Below, one piece after another: positions 47,990-61,809 of a stretch of 64,000 bases of DNA. Both the position numbers and the translations under genes were made by a program. Below the pieces are notes generated by a model. That model was not told the origin of the DNA, made no database searches, and worked only from the letters and a program-made list of their open reading frames with translations. Location: NCBI GenBank assembly GCA_964036045.1, contig OZ038378.1:58032001-58096000 (forward strand), in the 5' to 3' direction. Position 1 is the first letter of the stretch. Every line of letters begins with the position of its first letter. The DNA comes from Eutreptiella sp. 'Long Island Sound 2002' (Eukaryota; Protista; Euglenida).

Positions 47990-49890
47990 AGCTAGAGGGG
48001 TTAGTGCGCCCTAGGCTACCTGAAACCGAGGTGAAAAAGTTGCTGCCGCCACATTGCCGTGCAATGAGGCAACCCACTTGCACTGTGGAAGATCACATTC
48101 CATCGCTCACCCTCCCATGGCAAAGGAGAATGTAGTGCCCGGGTATTGAACAAAATTGGGACTTCTGGTGTGGCAATGCATGCTCAACCCACACCTTGAG
48201 ATCCTTGTGCACACGGGCGTGCCCCTTTTTGTCCCTAAGGGAGGGATTTAGCAGACCACCACTTTCCACCCAAAAATGTCCTCCCCTAAAAGACCCCCCC
48301 ACACACAATCGGCGCCGTGGGGACCCCATCACGCAAATGGGCGTGAAGGCCCATGGCGGCACTCCCTTGCGTACACACCATCCGGATGCTACACCATGTG
48401 AATCATGGTGGAGCATTCACATTGCAGTAGTCATTGAGGTGTGCAACCAAGGGGGCGGTAAGGAGGTCCCAAGGGAGCAGCAGCCACCTTGGGGGTTCTA
48501 AAATTAGAGGGGTCGGGGATCCCGCTTCCCACTAGCCCCAAGTGGCACATGTCCACTTGGGCCCCATATCTTCGAACCCCCCGCAAAATCCCCTTAGGCT
48601 TTTCCTCAAAACGAGAATTCTCCGATTCTCGTTTTGCACAAAACGAGAATTCTCGTTCTCCACAAAACGAGAACCCCCCTTGACCAAATCGTGGAGTCAT
48701 TCACTGGCACTCCTGCTGCTGGCGGTACCGTGACTTTGAACCCCTTCCTAAGCGCGAAATGTGGCACTGAGGGTGGACGGCGGGCCACCCACCTGTGCCT
48801 TGGCCACGCCTAGCCGCTGCATGAGGTCTTCCTTGGCCTTTTGCAATGTCTCCACCTCCACCCTCAACCCTTCCGCCTCCATTTTGGCCTTTTGCCGCCC
48901 CTCGATTGCTTCCTTTAGGTCATCCCTCAACCGGTGGATCCCCACCCGACTCTTGTGCACCACTTCGAGGCCACGGTCAAGGGCAGGGTGTGTGTTGCCT
49001 TGTGGCTTATCCACCTTCGAAAGCTGCGACCTGCTTTCGGCATGCCCTCCCTTGGTAAATGCTGTTCCATCCTTGCGACGGCACCTTGCTCAACGAGAGT
49101 TTGGCAAGCATCCGTCGCGTGGTTGGCCACAGTGTGGGCCAAGGCCCCCACATCAAGGGTTGTGGGAGGGGGGGCTGGGCCTGCACCCTGGGCACCTTCG
49201 CTAGTTTGGGGGAAGGGGTGACTAACCTAACCCAAAGGGGGAGGCCTCACCCTCCTCCACCAACACCTCTTCCTCCTCCTTGGCGCTTCGTTTTGCGGGC
49301 CTCACCCCCTTGGGGCGGTAGGCTAGCACCCACAATGCCGTGGCATGGCGAAACCTTTGGGGGGGGGGGGGGGTACTCCCCCCAGCTGGAGGATGTCCGA
49401 CCCCCGCTGCAGCAGCTTGTGCAGTACCTCCCGCCCTGCTTAATTCCCCTGTCTCCCGACACAAAGCACAACCGGCCGAGGAAGTAGCTCATCCTTTGGG
49501 GGGGGGACCGGACATACTGAAGAGGAAAAGGAAGGCGGCGAGTGTCTCCCCCTCCGGCAACTTTGGCTAATTGGCCAGAGGCTCCCCCCCGCCCACCTAG
49601 ACGTAGGAGGGGAGGGTGAGGTTGGTCTTCCTCTTCACGTCCCCCTCTTTTTCCAAGATGGTTGCCTTGTAGTACCATCATGTACCTCCCTGCCGGCATG
49701 CCTCATCCCCCGGCTCCACCCACCACCAGGCTGCCCCCTCCGGCAACTTCTTGATCTCCTACATCTGCAGCTCCGCACGGGCCGCCACCCGTTTGGCTGC
49801 CCGTACTCGTTGTGCTCGAGCTGCTCCCGTTGCTTATGCGGCGGCTACCTGGGCCACGTCCTTGGAGAACAGGCGCGGCAGCTGGGGGGT
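47990..49890 (-). pseudogene. Cassette M1, copy 3
   Basis: LHAHLRD, GSFRGGHFWVESGG, LFNTRALHSPLPWEGERWNVIFHS. Confidence 0.65.
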
Positions 49891-50049
49891 TGTGTCCCAT
49901 GGGCGAAGAAGGAATGCGCCAAAAAACAAAAAAAACCACGCGATAACTCCCACGATAACCCGCGCGATAACTAGTTAGAGAACCCAGCTAGAGCGCAACA
50001 ACTACCGCAATCACTAGTTAGAGAAGGAGTTAGTGTGCACTATTCACAC

Positions 50050-52130
50050 CTCGTGACAGGGGCACATTCTTTTGCCCGCTTCCTTCTTGGGGTCATCCGG
50101 CACAACGTTCATCCGCTGCAGCCACACGAAGTCCGTCACGGCGCATACTCCTCGACTTGCCTTCAGTCCAGCACCTGTGCCAACCCCTTGAGCTCCGGGG
50201 GGGCCCGGGCCACTCCCCCATACATTCCCCTCCTTAGCATCAACATGGTGCCCGCCGGCACCTTAATTCCAACATGATCCTGTAAGCTGTGCCCGGGCAC
50301 TCCAGCCCCATGGCACACCTTGGCTGGGGGGTACCGGTCAGGATGGCCTGCCACCCCCCCCGGCCCCTCCACAAAAAACGCCCGGTGCTTGTCCCCACCG
50401 GGAGCACGCATTGAGCACATTGCTCAATGCTGACCCCATTTGGGTCCCCGCGCCCACCTCCCCCTCCGGCCCCTCCACGTCCTCCCCCTCCTTGCACAGC
50501 ACACAATACCCATCTTTGTGTGCCGCACACAAACCCGCCCGGCGCCCGGCCGCACCTCTAGCACTTGGCTACGACCTTCCCCTTGCACCTAACCCCCCCC
50601 CCCTTGACACGTGAGCGCCTTGGCACCAAGGGGTTCATGCGACCCCTTGTGGGGTCGCTTGATGGCCGAGGTGACATGGAGGTTGGGGAACCTGAGGTTC
50701 CGGCCTTGGATTAGTTCAATCGCAAAAAATTCCATGAGGCGGGGATCGGACACACCGCTGGGCGAGGGCTTTGGAATGCCGGACCCTCGGTGAACATCAA
50801 GGGCATTGAAAAAAAACGCAGTGCCACAACCCTTCCCACCCCAGGGTCAAGTGACCCTAAGCTGATTGAGGGGACGAAGAGAAATTGTGGGCCAGCCTCG
50901 GCCTCATGATTATGCATCAGAATAATGAATCGCTTAACAATTTGTGTGCCGTCAAGCACATTGTGCGTGGGGCGGGGGGGGCACCGCGATACAAGTGCTG
51001 CGAGAGATTTGGTCATAGCTTGAGATTTCGACCATGTCCAGCACCATGCAGCCCAAACAACCCCTCCCACCAGCCCCTTCTTCTTCGTGTGGCCGACACG
51101 ATGTGCGATTCTTTTAGATGACCGGCAGATCGTGCATTTTACGGGGATTGTGCTTGTAGTGGTGGCGGCCCCCATAGTTGCCATAAATAGTGCGACGGGT
51201 GCCTGAATCCTTGGGCCTGGCCACAACGGGGGGGTTACCGTTGAAAATGAACACCTTCTGTGTGAATGGCACCCTGGCACGCTCTTCCAACAAAATCTCG
51301 CGCTACACTTGACTCAAAAATTCATGCTTAAGCAAGTGGTTCACCACCAACGTGTCTGCAATGGTGACCACGAGATCGTTTGGATCCCGATTAAAGGACC
51401 CGATGGGCTCCGCCGTATCCACTTATTCGGCCTCCCCAATAAGGGGAGTTGTTGACCCCAAAGGAGAAAAAAATCACCTCTTGCCCTAGGATAATCTTTG
51501 GTGACTCCATACTACTCACGCTCCCCCTCCCTTGTGTCGCACAGGGAGTGGATAGGGAGCTTGGTTCCTGGGTTGTCAGTGTAGACAAGGCGGGTGTTGT
51601 GGTTGAAGGGTTGGCGAAACCAATCATCCGTCTTCCCCTTCCCCTTACCCGGTCTATTTCTTGCCTTTTGCACACTAATCATGAGGGGCTGGTGGGGCTT
51701 GCCCTTCCCCCTCCCCACCCCACCTCCTCCTCCCCTTGCTCCTCCCCTTCGTCCTGCTCCTCCTCCTCTTGAACCTGATAGAGGCTCGTCTTTATCCCCA
51801 CACCCTTGTCGGCGTGGGCCGTGACGGATTCCACCACCACCTCCATGTCTTGGGGATGCAGCTGGATCAAAAATTCATCATCCCCTCAATTGATCTCCCA
51901 CAACTCAAAAAACGTAGTTGCTGAGAACCAGGGGGTCCTTGTTTTCGACCATGAAAGGGGGACGTATGGATAATCAGTCCAAAGTCCAGACCCTTCTCAA
52001 AATGACTCGCTATAGGGCGCCTCACCGAGGTGTCACCCATCGTAAGCCCCTCGCGTCTGCGAAGGCGATTAATCCCAACGAGCATTTGATGGTGCTTGCA
52101 CCAAGCATCAGTAGCGGCAAGGGCCATACT
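50050..52130 (-). pseudogene. Cassette M0: degraded protein with a probable PhyH-like dioxygenase domain and a C-terminal Cys/His cluster
   Basis: Across frames: AQCA*RHTN, EAGPQFLFVPS, GTAFFFNALDVHRGSG (50792-50784), DPRLMEFFAI, and CAAHKDGYCVLC. Confidence 0.45.
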
Positions 52131-52499
52131 AAAGAATGTCAGACCTAAGACGAAGAGGGGAAACATGGAACAAGAGCAAACAAATCGTGATAACCTCTGC
52201 GATAACTCGTGCGATAACTAGTTTGCGCGCGATAACTACCGCGATCACCCACTCGATAACTGAGTTATCACGCGATAACCCCCGCGATAAGTAGTGCACG
52301 AACCCCATTCTAACTAATTAGAGCACAAAAAGACCACATCACCAAAAGTGCAAAACGGGCGATATTGAGCAAAAGAGACATGGAAGGCACATTGATGCAT
52401 CATAGTGCACCCATGTAACACATAAAACTCCGGGTTCCAACCATATCAACAACCCCTAAACGTGGGGGGGTTCCGCACTAAGCCTTAGAGCGGCAGATC

Positions 52500-55400
52500 A
52501 TGTACCATGGGGGGCTGAGGCTGTTATTCGTGGCCCCATGCGGCATACCACTCCACACCAGGAACTGACCCATCAGCAAGTGTGTTGTTGAAGGAGTAGT
52601 TCCTCGGACAGTTCCACTCGGCATCGATGATCTGCATGAGGGTTTTCTTGTCTCTTACCGCAAGGCTTTCGAAGGTTTGTGGTGCATTTGTGACTCATAT
52701 GTGAGTCGCGATTCGTTGAACGAGTTCTCCGATTTTTTCGTCTCGTTCGGTTGTGATGAATTCTCGCGTGTGGGTGGTGAGCTCTTTAATGGAGAGACAG
52801 AGGTATTTGGGATAGTTCGTGTTCAGTAGGTGGACATCAGGTCGTTGGATCGAGGACGTCATCAGTGAAGGGAACATCGTGAAGCTAAAGACCAGGGTGT
52901 TGGTCAAGGGAATGTCCGCAACATCTACTCTCCACGGCCAGTGGGTGACCAGTGGTCAGGGGTTGGGAGAATGCCCACAAATGCCATGGAAATAGCCCAC
53001 AATGGCTGGGACGATGGCGGCCCTCTTGAGGGTTGGTGAGAGATTGGCGAAGTCCTCGGGTCGCATTCTTTGATGGATTCGATAAGCAGAGTTGTGTACA
53101 CGGTATTGCTCAGAGAGGAACTGGCATACTTTAGTGGACTCCGGGGTTCTGGCCTGGCAGTCCTGACTTTTTGTTGGTTGATGATCGTTTCGGATCATTT
53201 GTGGCCATGGACGTGCGGAATGAGATGCATGAGGTAGAATCTTGGTTACTCCACTGTTTTGGTTGGATTGCATGTGATGCTGATTGATCACCTCATATGT
53301 GATTGATAACCTTGATCACCATGTGCACTATTGGCTAATGTCATTTTAGCATTGCGGAGTTTCTTCTTTCTTTGGTTTGGGGGATTGTGGTCGACTGATT
53401 GCATATTGGAGGGGCTCCGCCGAGATCGCCGAGATGTGTGTGGTATCGTTGAACTGTGCGTACCACATGCGGTATGAGTCTACCCAGATACATTTGGATG
53501 GTGTGCCTCCGTCACCCGCATGCATGGCTGCTAGGTTGTCCGAAATGGCAACTTTGATTCGGCTTGGATTGATTTTGAAGCGGTGGATGAGCAGCTTGTT
53601 GAGGACCTTATCGCACCATTCGGCTATCCCGCCGCCTCCTTTGCATCTTACTGCAGAGCTGGCTTTTATGGCTAATCGATTGCTCTCAATCAAAAGTGCG
53701 GACCATGCATGGTCATCGTTCTCTTTTGATCTGCCTGACATGATGATTAGGTATCCTTCGGGAGTGTGCAGTACTTCGATTCAGATGGGGCATTCCGTGA
53801 GGTTTTAAAAGCAGACGTCATGCGGAGCCATCCATTGTTGGACATTGAACCAGTTTGGAAGGGGTGGGGGGTGCTTGGCTTGAGGTACAGCATGATCGTT
53901 CTTGCAGTCTCCCTAGTGTACGTGCTTTTGCTGTTGCAAGAAAGGAAGAGGCTTTCCATAGGCGGGACAATACGTGGGGGATTGCAAATCTGATGTCATC
54001 GAGGCTTGCCCATAGCATCTTACTCGGGGTGCGCACTGGGATGCATAGCGCTTTGAAGGCTGTTCTCTTCATTTGTATCTGTTGTGCTTGTACCCATTCG
54101 GCTTGCACTGGGATCGCCGAGGGCACGTAGTCTACCACGGACAGGGTGTACGTGATCACGATGCGCAACATGAGTACAAAGGAGGGTTGCGGTTGTGCGT
54201 GACATCCTTGCAGGATGCAGAGGCTTTTGGCGAACTTCAAAGTGGGTTCTTTGGGGATCTCTCCGCGGATGAGGGGGATGCCGCTCATCTTCAGGTCAAA
54301 TTTCTGGAGGGTGAACATGTCTTGCATTGTCTCCACTTCGCCATCAACATATTGCAGTCTGCCATTTTTTGGTTGTGCTCCGTACATTTTTACGTTCTTG
54401 CATTGTGATGATCCTCCTGTTGACCACCGGCCGTAGCTTAATGTGTTCTACATGTGAGCCATGTGTTGAGGATGCATGGTCGCGAAACCTTTGCCATCAT
54501 TGCTGTATACCATTTCAAGCAGTTTTACACTTGGGTCCCATGGGCTAGCTAGACTTTTGTACGTGTGGCGCTCGGCCCGGGGTGAGAGGTCTAGTGGATT
54601 CTTGTGTTGTAGAAGTACTCCTTGGTTAAATGTGGTGCAAACACACGTTGTGGTGGCGTACTAGCCAACTCGCATACAGTTGCCTTGGGATCCTCAAGCA
54701 AGCCCAAGCACTATACAGCGGAAGACCGGACGTAGCCCTGGATCACGAACACATTAACAGAGGCAAGGAAATCAGCCCTTACCCACGTGAAGACAAGCCA
54801 TATTTTCTCACTCACATGCTGCGATTGCAGCGAGAACACAAGAACTTTCCCCTCGAAGACCCTGCCGGCAAGAGTCCTTTTTTCCACGAGCTTGCCGACC
54901 TAGTACGGCGATCATCCTCCGATGCCACATCGCCGGAGCAACTTCCCCATGCCTTTGCGAGCCGCCTGGATGGATTCAGCATCTACCTGTTTACCTCCCT
55001 CCTGCAAGCCTTTGCCCAGGGTGGCGATGACCGCTGCTCTGTGCAGTACTCCACCTGTGCCTAATCAAGAAACAACCGAATTGGCTCATCCCCAACCGTG
55101 ACCCCATCCTCTCAGAACGGTACATACGCTGGCTAGAGTCCAGCGACGTCCTCCTCGCCAACATCAACGCTCATAATGGACAGCCCCAGTTGCCCACAAT
55201 CATTACACCTACGGAAAGTAGCCGTCGCAACAGATGCCTGCGATCACATGCCGATGGCTGGTAGGTGGTTCGCCCACTACTATGGCACAATATTCATCAT
55301 TGATTGTGACAAAAGTAATACATGCTGCAACACCATCAGAAACAACATGGGCAGCCTCTTCCCATCCAACCCACACCACACAGAAGAATGGGCAGAGAGG

Positions 55401-57200
55401 TTCTCCAATTCCTTTGAAACATACGTGGTATCCCCATACGAAATGGCCGGTCCATACACAATGCGGCATGCAGAGCATCTCCTCCGGAAACCCGGCGTTT
55501 TCCTTGGGGAAGTGTTTTCCATAAGCGCTGATCGCATCCACGACTTGGAATGTGTTCTTTTCAAATTTTACGACGAGGGTTGTGGCCTATGCGACAGAGA
55601 CTCCTATAAACTTTTCAAGAGGGAAAAGAGACTTCGCCGCCATGGCCTTGTTGTTTCTATTCTCCCACCAACGGGCGAGGTCCGCGGAGCGTCTTCCGCT
55701 TTGGGATCGTAGGACTGCTGGCAGGACTTTGGTATCCGCTAAACAGAGTGACATTTTGGATAAACGGCGGGGTATGACGTCGTCCATGGCTGTGAAGTAT
55801 GGGTGCATGACGGCTGCGGGGTTCCACTTGGTGATGTTGGCCCATGCTAAGAGGATGGAGCATGCCCCCGTCACCTCTTGGAGTTCTTCTTGGTCGTGCT
55901 GACGAAAGTGGTATCTTTGGTTGCAGAGATTTGTGGGTCTCATCTCCTCACAGTCTATGACGAAGGTGAGTACTAAGGCGCGGTAGTTGTTCTGTGGTGC
56001 ACGCCACGCAGGGGGTGCTGCCGTTCAGGAAGAGCCAATTGATCTCCATTCCGAGAAGTCCTGTCTTGGTGAGTAGTGGATTCGTTCGCCGGGCTGTGGT
56101 GTGTGGGCAGTGGTATTCCTTCCGACACTTGCTGAGCGTATGTTTGAGCCATTCTTTGTAGGTGCGTTCCACGTTGTTGTTGAGATCTCCTCGGACGAGG
56201 GAGACCGTTGCGCGGGTGTTCGAAAGGAATTTTGCCACAGCGATCTAGATCTCTGCGCTGGTATCTGGGTGTATTTTCGGGGGAAAGTGTCTTGTGGCAC
56301 CGTAAGAGAGTCAGAGGTGCCTGGGTTGATGTGCACACAGAGAGAGTGCTCTTTGGCTTCCATTTTCCATTTCGACTTGAATGTGCGGTGCGTGTGCACG
56401 AGGATGATCAGGCCTCCTCCCGGAAAGGGCAGCAATGCAGTGTGCTCATAGGGTAGTCTGTTTAGCCATCCTTGTGGCAGGAGTGCCCACCTTTCCTGGA
56501 GGCCAGCTGCATCTAGAAATCGTAGGATGAAGAAACAGGAGGTTTGATGCAGCTTTGTCTCAAGGCTACCACAATTGATGCCCAATGACTGTGAGTTCAG
56601 CCCACCTGGGTGTTACGGGGTGGGCCTGCAGAGCGGGCGTCTCATTGTATTCATTGTGCATCTCGGCGTAGAGCCGTATCGTTTGTGGGTGGATGTCATT
56701 CGTTGTTGGGGTTCTTGCTGCCGTGTTCGGGAATTTTCATTAGAGTTGGAAGGGGCCTGTGAATACGGTGCAGGCTGAGGCCATTTGTGCGGTTATTGGT
56801 GATTCCTTCCGTAGGTGCCAGGAAGCTGGGATTCTGTGCTTGATGAATGTGGTAGAGAGGGATGAGTGTGCTGTCATGGAGTAGCCCAACACCTTGCCAC
56901 ATTGATGATAGGAGGGACCACCGATCCAAATAGCCTTTCTCTGTGGTTCGCAGTTCCTAGTGCTGAGAGCATGATAGCCCTAAGATTCGTATTGAGAGCA
57001 GTACTGAGTTATGTTGTGGTGGCCTGCTTGAGGTAGAATGACACGCTTGCAGGAGATCAACAGTGCATTGTTGAGGGATACTATTGGGTTGGAGGGTGTG
57101 TACGCTTTCTTGTGCTTGTGCGCTGATTCAACACAGGCTTGGACCCGTTTTTATGAGTGTATGTGTCATGGACTCACCCCACCCCACCCCCTCTTTGGTG
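52500..57200 (-). mobile_element. Non-LTR retrotransposon, copy 2 (same inversion, 54636-55472; longer 3' end)
   Basis: DAAGLQERW, GDLN, YSND and RNase H-like motifs. High identity to copy 1. Confidence 0.8.
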
Positions 57201-57244
57201 TCCCTTGGATGGGACACATACATGAATCTTTTTGCTCTAGTTTT

Positions 57245-59745
57245 GTTCTAGGCTAGAACGTTCTAGCGACATTCTAGCGAACAAGCTAGATGGGCGCTAG
57301 GTCGGCGCTAGCACACTTTTTTTTGTTTTTGGTTTGGGCTCAAAAATGTGTTTTTCTGACATAAAAGATTTGGACCCCGTAGTATGCTACGGGGCCCCCA
57401 AGTTCCAACATTGATATCACCGAGTTCCCCCACCCATTGGTCGGGGTAAACCCCGCCTTTTTTCCGTTGTAGCCTTCTAGCGCCATCTAGGCTTGAACGA
57501 AATTGGGTCTTCTAGTGTATTCCTAGGGCATCGGATCTAAAGCATGATCCCTTACTCGAGGATGCGCCGGAACTCTTGTCCAAAGACCATCACAAACCGT
57601 CATATGGTTGCACAAAATGTGGTATAACTGCTACACATAATAAGGATAGCAGATGCAGCTGCACCGACACTACCTTATGTTCCATACCCTGCCTCCGCCC
57701 CGTACACTCGGCAACGGCAGCCGTGAACATCCCGCACAATCTCACCCCCCTTCCGCCACTACCGAATACAGCAAATTTGGTCATCACCTCCCATGTATGC
57801 ATCATCCACGCCTCCACACAACATAGGTTCGGACGGCACAGCAGTACAACAGACAATCCCACACCATAGGCAAACACAGCACGCAGGAGGGAAGGAGTAG
57901 CACACCTACCTATTGGTGTCTATGTGTACTCACTTCGTCAAATTCAACAGATTTAAAAAAGCAAAAGCACGCCTACAAAAAGGAAATGGATACCCTCCCT
58001 AAGCTTAAGTACAACAAGCAAGGTAGCCCCAGAACCAAGACCACAACATGGAAGCGGGGGGGGGGGTGGATAGCTCAACATTCAGGGGGTGCTTGTGTGG
58101 TGCTTGTGTTTCCCCTCTTACCACACCATCCCCACCCTTGACATCTTATGTTGTGTGTTGTGTTGTGTGTATGTGTATGCCAAATTGTGTGTCCGGGGGC
58201 GGGGGGCACATATGCATAGGCATGGAGGAAATCTAGTGAGGGGCACAGTGAATAACGCAAGTGGGGCGGTGGGCAAGGGAGGAGTGATGGTGACAAGGGG
58301 GGGGCGTGTACACTAGACAATGCCACACCGTAGGCACACACAACAGGGGGGAGGGAAGGAGTAACACACATTCCTCTTGGTGGTTATGTGTACGCACCTC
58401 TTCAGATTCAACAAGTGCAAAAAAGAAGCATGCCATCAAGGTGGTATGCTTTGTCCCCCCTCCTCCCATTTTATGGAATCGCCCCTCGCCCTGTGTGCAG
58501 TGGTACCTGGCTTGTTGGTTCGTTGGCTTCGTCTTCTAGTTGCTTGGTTGGTTGTTGTTGGATTGGTTTGTAGCCTGCTGAGTTCGGCTGCCTGGTTGGT
58601 GGTAGGTAGGTTGTTTGGTTGGTTGGTTGGTTGGTTGGTTGGTTGGTTGGCACGTTGGTTGGTGGGTTGGTTGGTTGGTTGGTTGTTGGCTCGTTGCTGG
58701 GGTGCACCTGTGTGTGCACAGGTGCTGTAGAACGCCACATGTTGGGTGGGATGTATGTGTGTGTGTTGCTTGGACACACACTGTGTGGTCTTGTTGCATA
58801 GTGTGTCTGTGCGGAAGTATGTTTGTGCAGCCATTGCAAAGGTTTAGGGGGGGGGCATTGCATATTTTTTTTGGCGTTCCCGCGGCGTTCTAGCGGCGCT
58901 GCTTGGCTTGCGAGAGCACCGCTAGAGCAGCTTGCTAGAACGCCACTAGAATGCCCAAACAAAATGTGTCCAGCCCCACCCAAGGCCTGTGCAATGGCTG
59001 CACATGCATGCTTACACACAAACACACTATGCAACGCCCCCACACATCATGTGTCCAGGCAACATGCACACATACACCCCAGCAACTAGCCAACAACAAC
59101 CCAACCATCCACCAACCCAACCAACCAAACAACAAACAAACGTGCCAAACTCAAGTGCCCGCGAGGCAATCAACCACCAACCAACCAATCAACCCCACAA
59201 TGCTGCAAGTTGCAATGCACGTAGGGGGGGGGGGTATCCATAGCCTGGAGGCGGGGGGACAAAGCATACTACAGGTAAACAGACACCGCCCGGTAAAGGA
59301 AATTGATATCATCCATAACCTTAAGCACAACAAGCAAGGTAGCGCAAGAACCAAAACCACAACATGCAAGCGGGGGGGGGGGGGGCTGATAGCTCAACAC
59401 CCAAGGGGTGTTTGTGCGGAGCTTGTGTGTGGCCTCTTACCACTCCCTCCCCACCCTTGACATCTTATGTTGTGTGTTGTGTTGTGTGTATGCCTATGCC
59501 AACCTTTGTGTGTGTGTGGTAGTGGGGGGGGGGCACATATGCGTATGCATGCCTCAAGTCTAGTGGTTTTTATGAGTGTATGTGTCATGGACCGGGCCCT
59601 CTGCCCAACTGATTTGTTATTGGTGTTCTACGAATTCTACCTCTCTAGGGTAGAAGAAATGGTGTTCTAGGCAGAACGCTGTAGCGCGTTCCAGGCTAGA
59701 ACGAAATCAGGTTTTGTATCGTGTTCTTACGTGAACAGTTGTTGG
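57245..59745. mobile_element. Foldback element F, copy 2
   Basis: Palindrome at 57252-57267. Roughly 265-bp direct repeats (57980-58240 and 59296-59566) flank the inverted arms. Confidence 0.6.
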
Positions 59746-61809
59746 ACCAATTTTGCTGCTCGGTGAGTACGCTGGAGACCGTGTGTCTGTTCGATGTTCT
59801 TTTTTTTCGGAGACTATCAAGGATTGCTATTCAGAGGGCGGCCCAGGAGGTGGCTTCGCGGGGGGAGTATGACGGGTAGTCATTTGTGCCCCCTACAGCA
59901 CTCCTCGGGCCGCACAAATGGACATCGAGGAGCCTGTTACCTTCGATTCGGGCAGTTCTTCGTGATTGTCAGGGGCTGCTTTGTCTGCCCTACGTGGCTG
60001 CTGGTTGGGAAGTGCGTTCTGCACCATGGGAACCTCGAGGGCTGAGCCGGAAGAGCCTGAGTACCGTAGACATGAGTAAAGTATGACGGCCTGGGATGAG
60101 TTGATGAGATCGCTTGAGAGGTTAGGGTAGGCATGTGGAGCATCGGGTTGTGCATTGGATATTGGTAAAGGGGCATCATATGAGGCATCATAGGCATCAT
60201 AATTGGTTGTAGCGTCACGGGTTGCGTGGGTGTCTGAATATCCGCGAGCGTTGGAGGAGGCGGTGGGTGGGGCATCGGTTGAGCCGTATTCTCTATCCTC
60301 CTCCTCTTGGCTGAATTGAGGGGCTCGTAGGGTTGACCTTTCATGTGCTTCAAGTGGATACCCATGAACTTGATGTCCCGGATTGGGATCCATGCTGTGT
60401 CTTTTCCTTCGGACACTACATGCCAGTTTGCAGGGTTGACGTTGTTGATGAGCCAGAAGTTCATTTTCACAGCGCTGCGAGATAGGCCTGTGTTTGGGCC
60501 ACATCTTTGATGGATCGCTTCCTCCGGGTTCTTTAATGGTGCATGTTTCGGCGTAGTGAGCATGAGCGTGAACCCTAGACCTTGCGCCTGCATTTCCCTT
60601 CCGTTCTGTGCCGGTGGGGCTTGTGGTACAGGGAAGGGCAAGAGTGAGGTTTTGTGCTCTTGCGGTCTCTAGTGGAGGTACTAAGATTGATTGGTTTGAG
60701 GTGTTCAATGGGGTTGACGGTAGGCGATGTTTGTGAGGGGAGGTGCATTGGGGGTGGTGTTCAGCGATGTGTAGCCGTAGATGGTGTTTTGGTGTTTGTA
60801 GCTGTGTTTGGGTTGCTGTGGGTGGTTGACTGGGCATGGGAGCATTCACTTCTTCTGCCAGCACTCATTGATTGATCAAGTCCGGGGTTTTGGTGAATGA
60901 CTGGGCTCCGAGGGATTGGAGTTCTTCTCTGACGATGCGAAAGTTTTCAGGACCCGGGGTGGTTGTCAGGTTACGGATGAATGCATTGCACCATTGCGCC
61001 GCGTTCTGTACTGAGATGAGCTGGCGGCGGGGGCTTTCGTCGGAGTGCGGAAGAGAGGGTGGTGGCCGACATGGCCCGATTTTGCCTCCTTTAGTATGGA
61101 TTGCCACATGGATCGACATGAGTTAGCCCAACGGTCTCTCGGCATGCGGAGTGCCTTGGTTGCCGTGCGGCAGCATGCATTTCAACGAGTCTTGGAGGGC
61201 CTTGGATGCAGCAGTTATATCCGTTGCGAGGGCGCACACGTTTGCCTTGAGCAGCGTGCCTATCGGTCTCCTTTGGTTTACTTGGAATAAGAAATTCTGG
61301 GCTTTAGCTCTAGCCTTGATCTGGTGGAATCTCATTGTCCGGCAGCCAGTTGGAAGTCACACTCGTCGAGTTCGTTGCACTTTTTAGCAACTTGTCATAC
61401 GATCTCTTCATGTTGAGCATAGGAGTTGATTGGGTGGGGACGATGTGGCTAGAGCGGCGAGATCGGTTGGTACGGCGGGGTTCCTTGGGGGAGGGATGCG
61501 AGGAGGTAGAGTGTGGTGCCCACTGTGCCGGTCGGGACTGTCGGGTTCAGTGTGTTGGACCATGAGATGCAAGTCTTCGGTGGGGAACGTGGGAGGAAAC
61601 GAGTGCGACGGGAGCTGAGGGGTCTGTGAAGGCGAGCGGTTCCTGTTTGTAGTAGTGTAGTCCGGAGATGCGCCGGCATCGTTGAATCCCCTGAATGTGG
61701 GGTGGACACACTTGATTTTACTGTCATTTTGGCGATAGCAACAGATGCTTTGAGTGCTTGGTCCGGCATCGCTTGACTGTTCGGTTTGCATGCATGAAAT
61801 TATGGGTGG

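Larger units (their letters stand above)
45690..52330 (-). mobile_element. Family A copy 3 (complete three-cassette form M0-M1-M2)
   Basis: Arrays at 52190-52325, 49940-50040, 47815-47995 and 45915-46020 delimit three cassettes. Confidence 0.85.
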
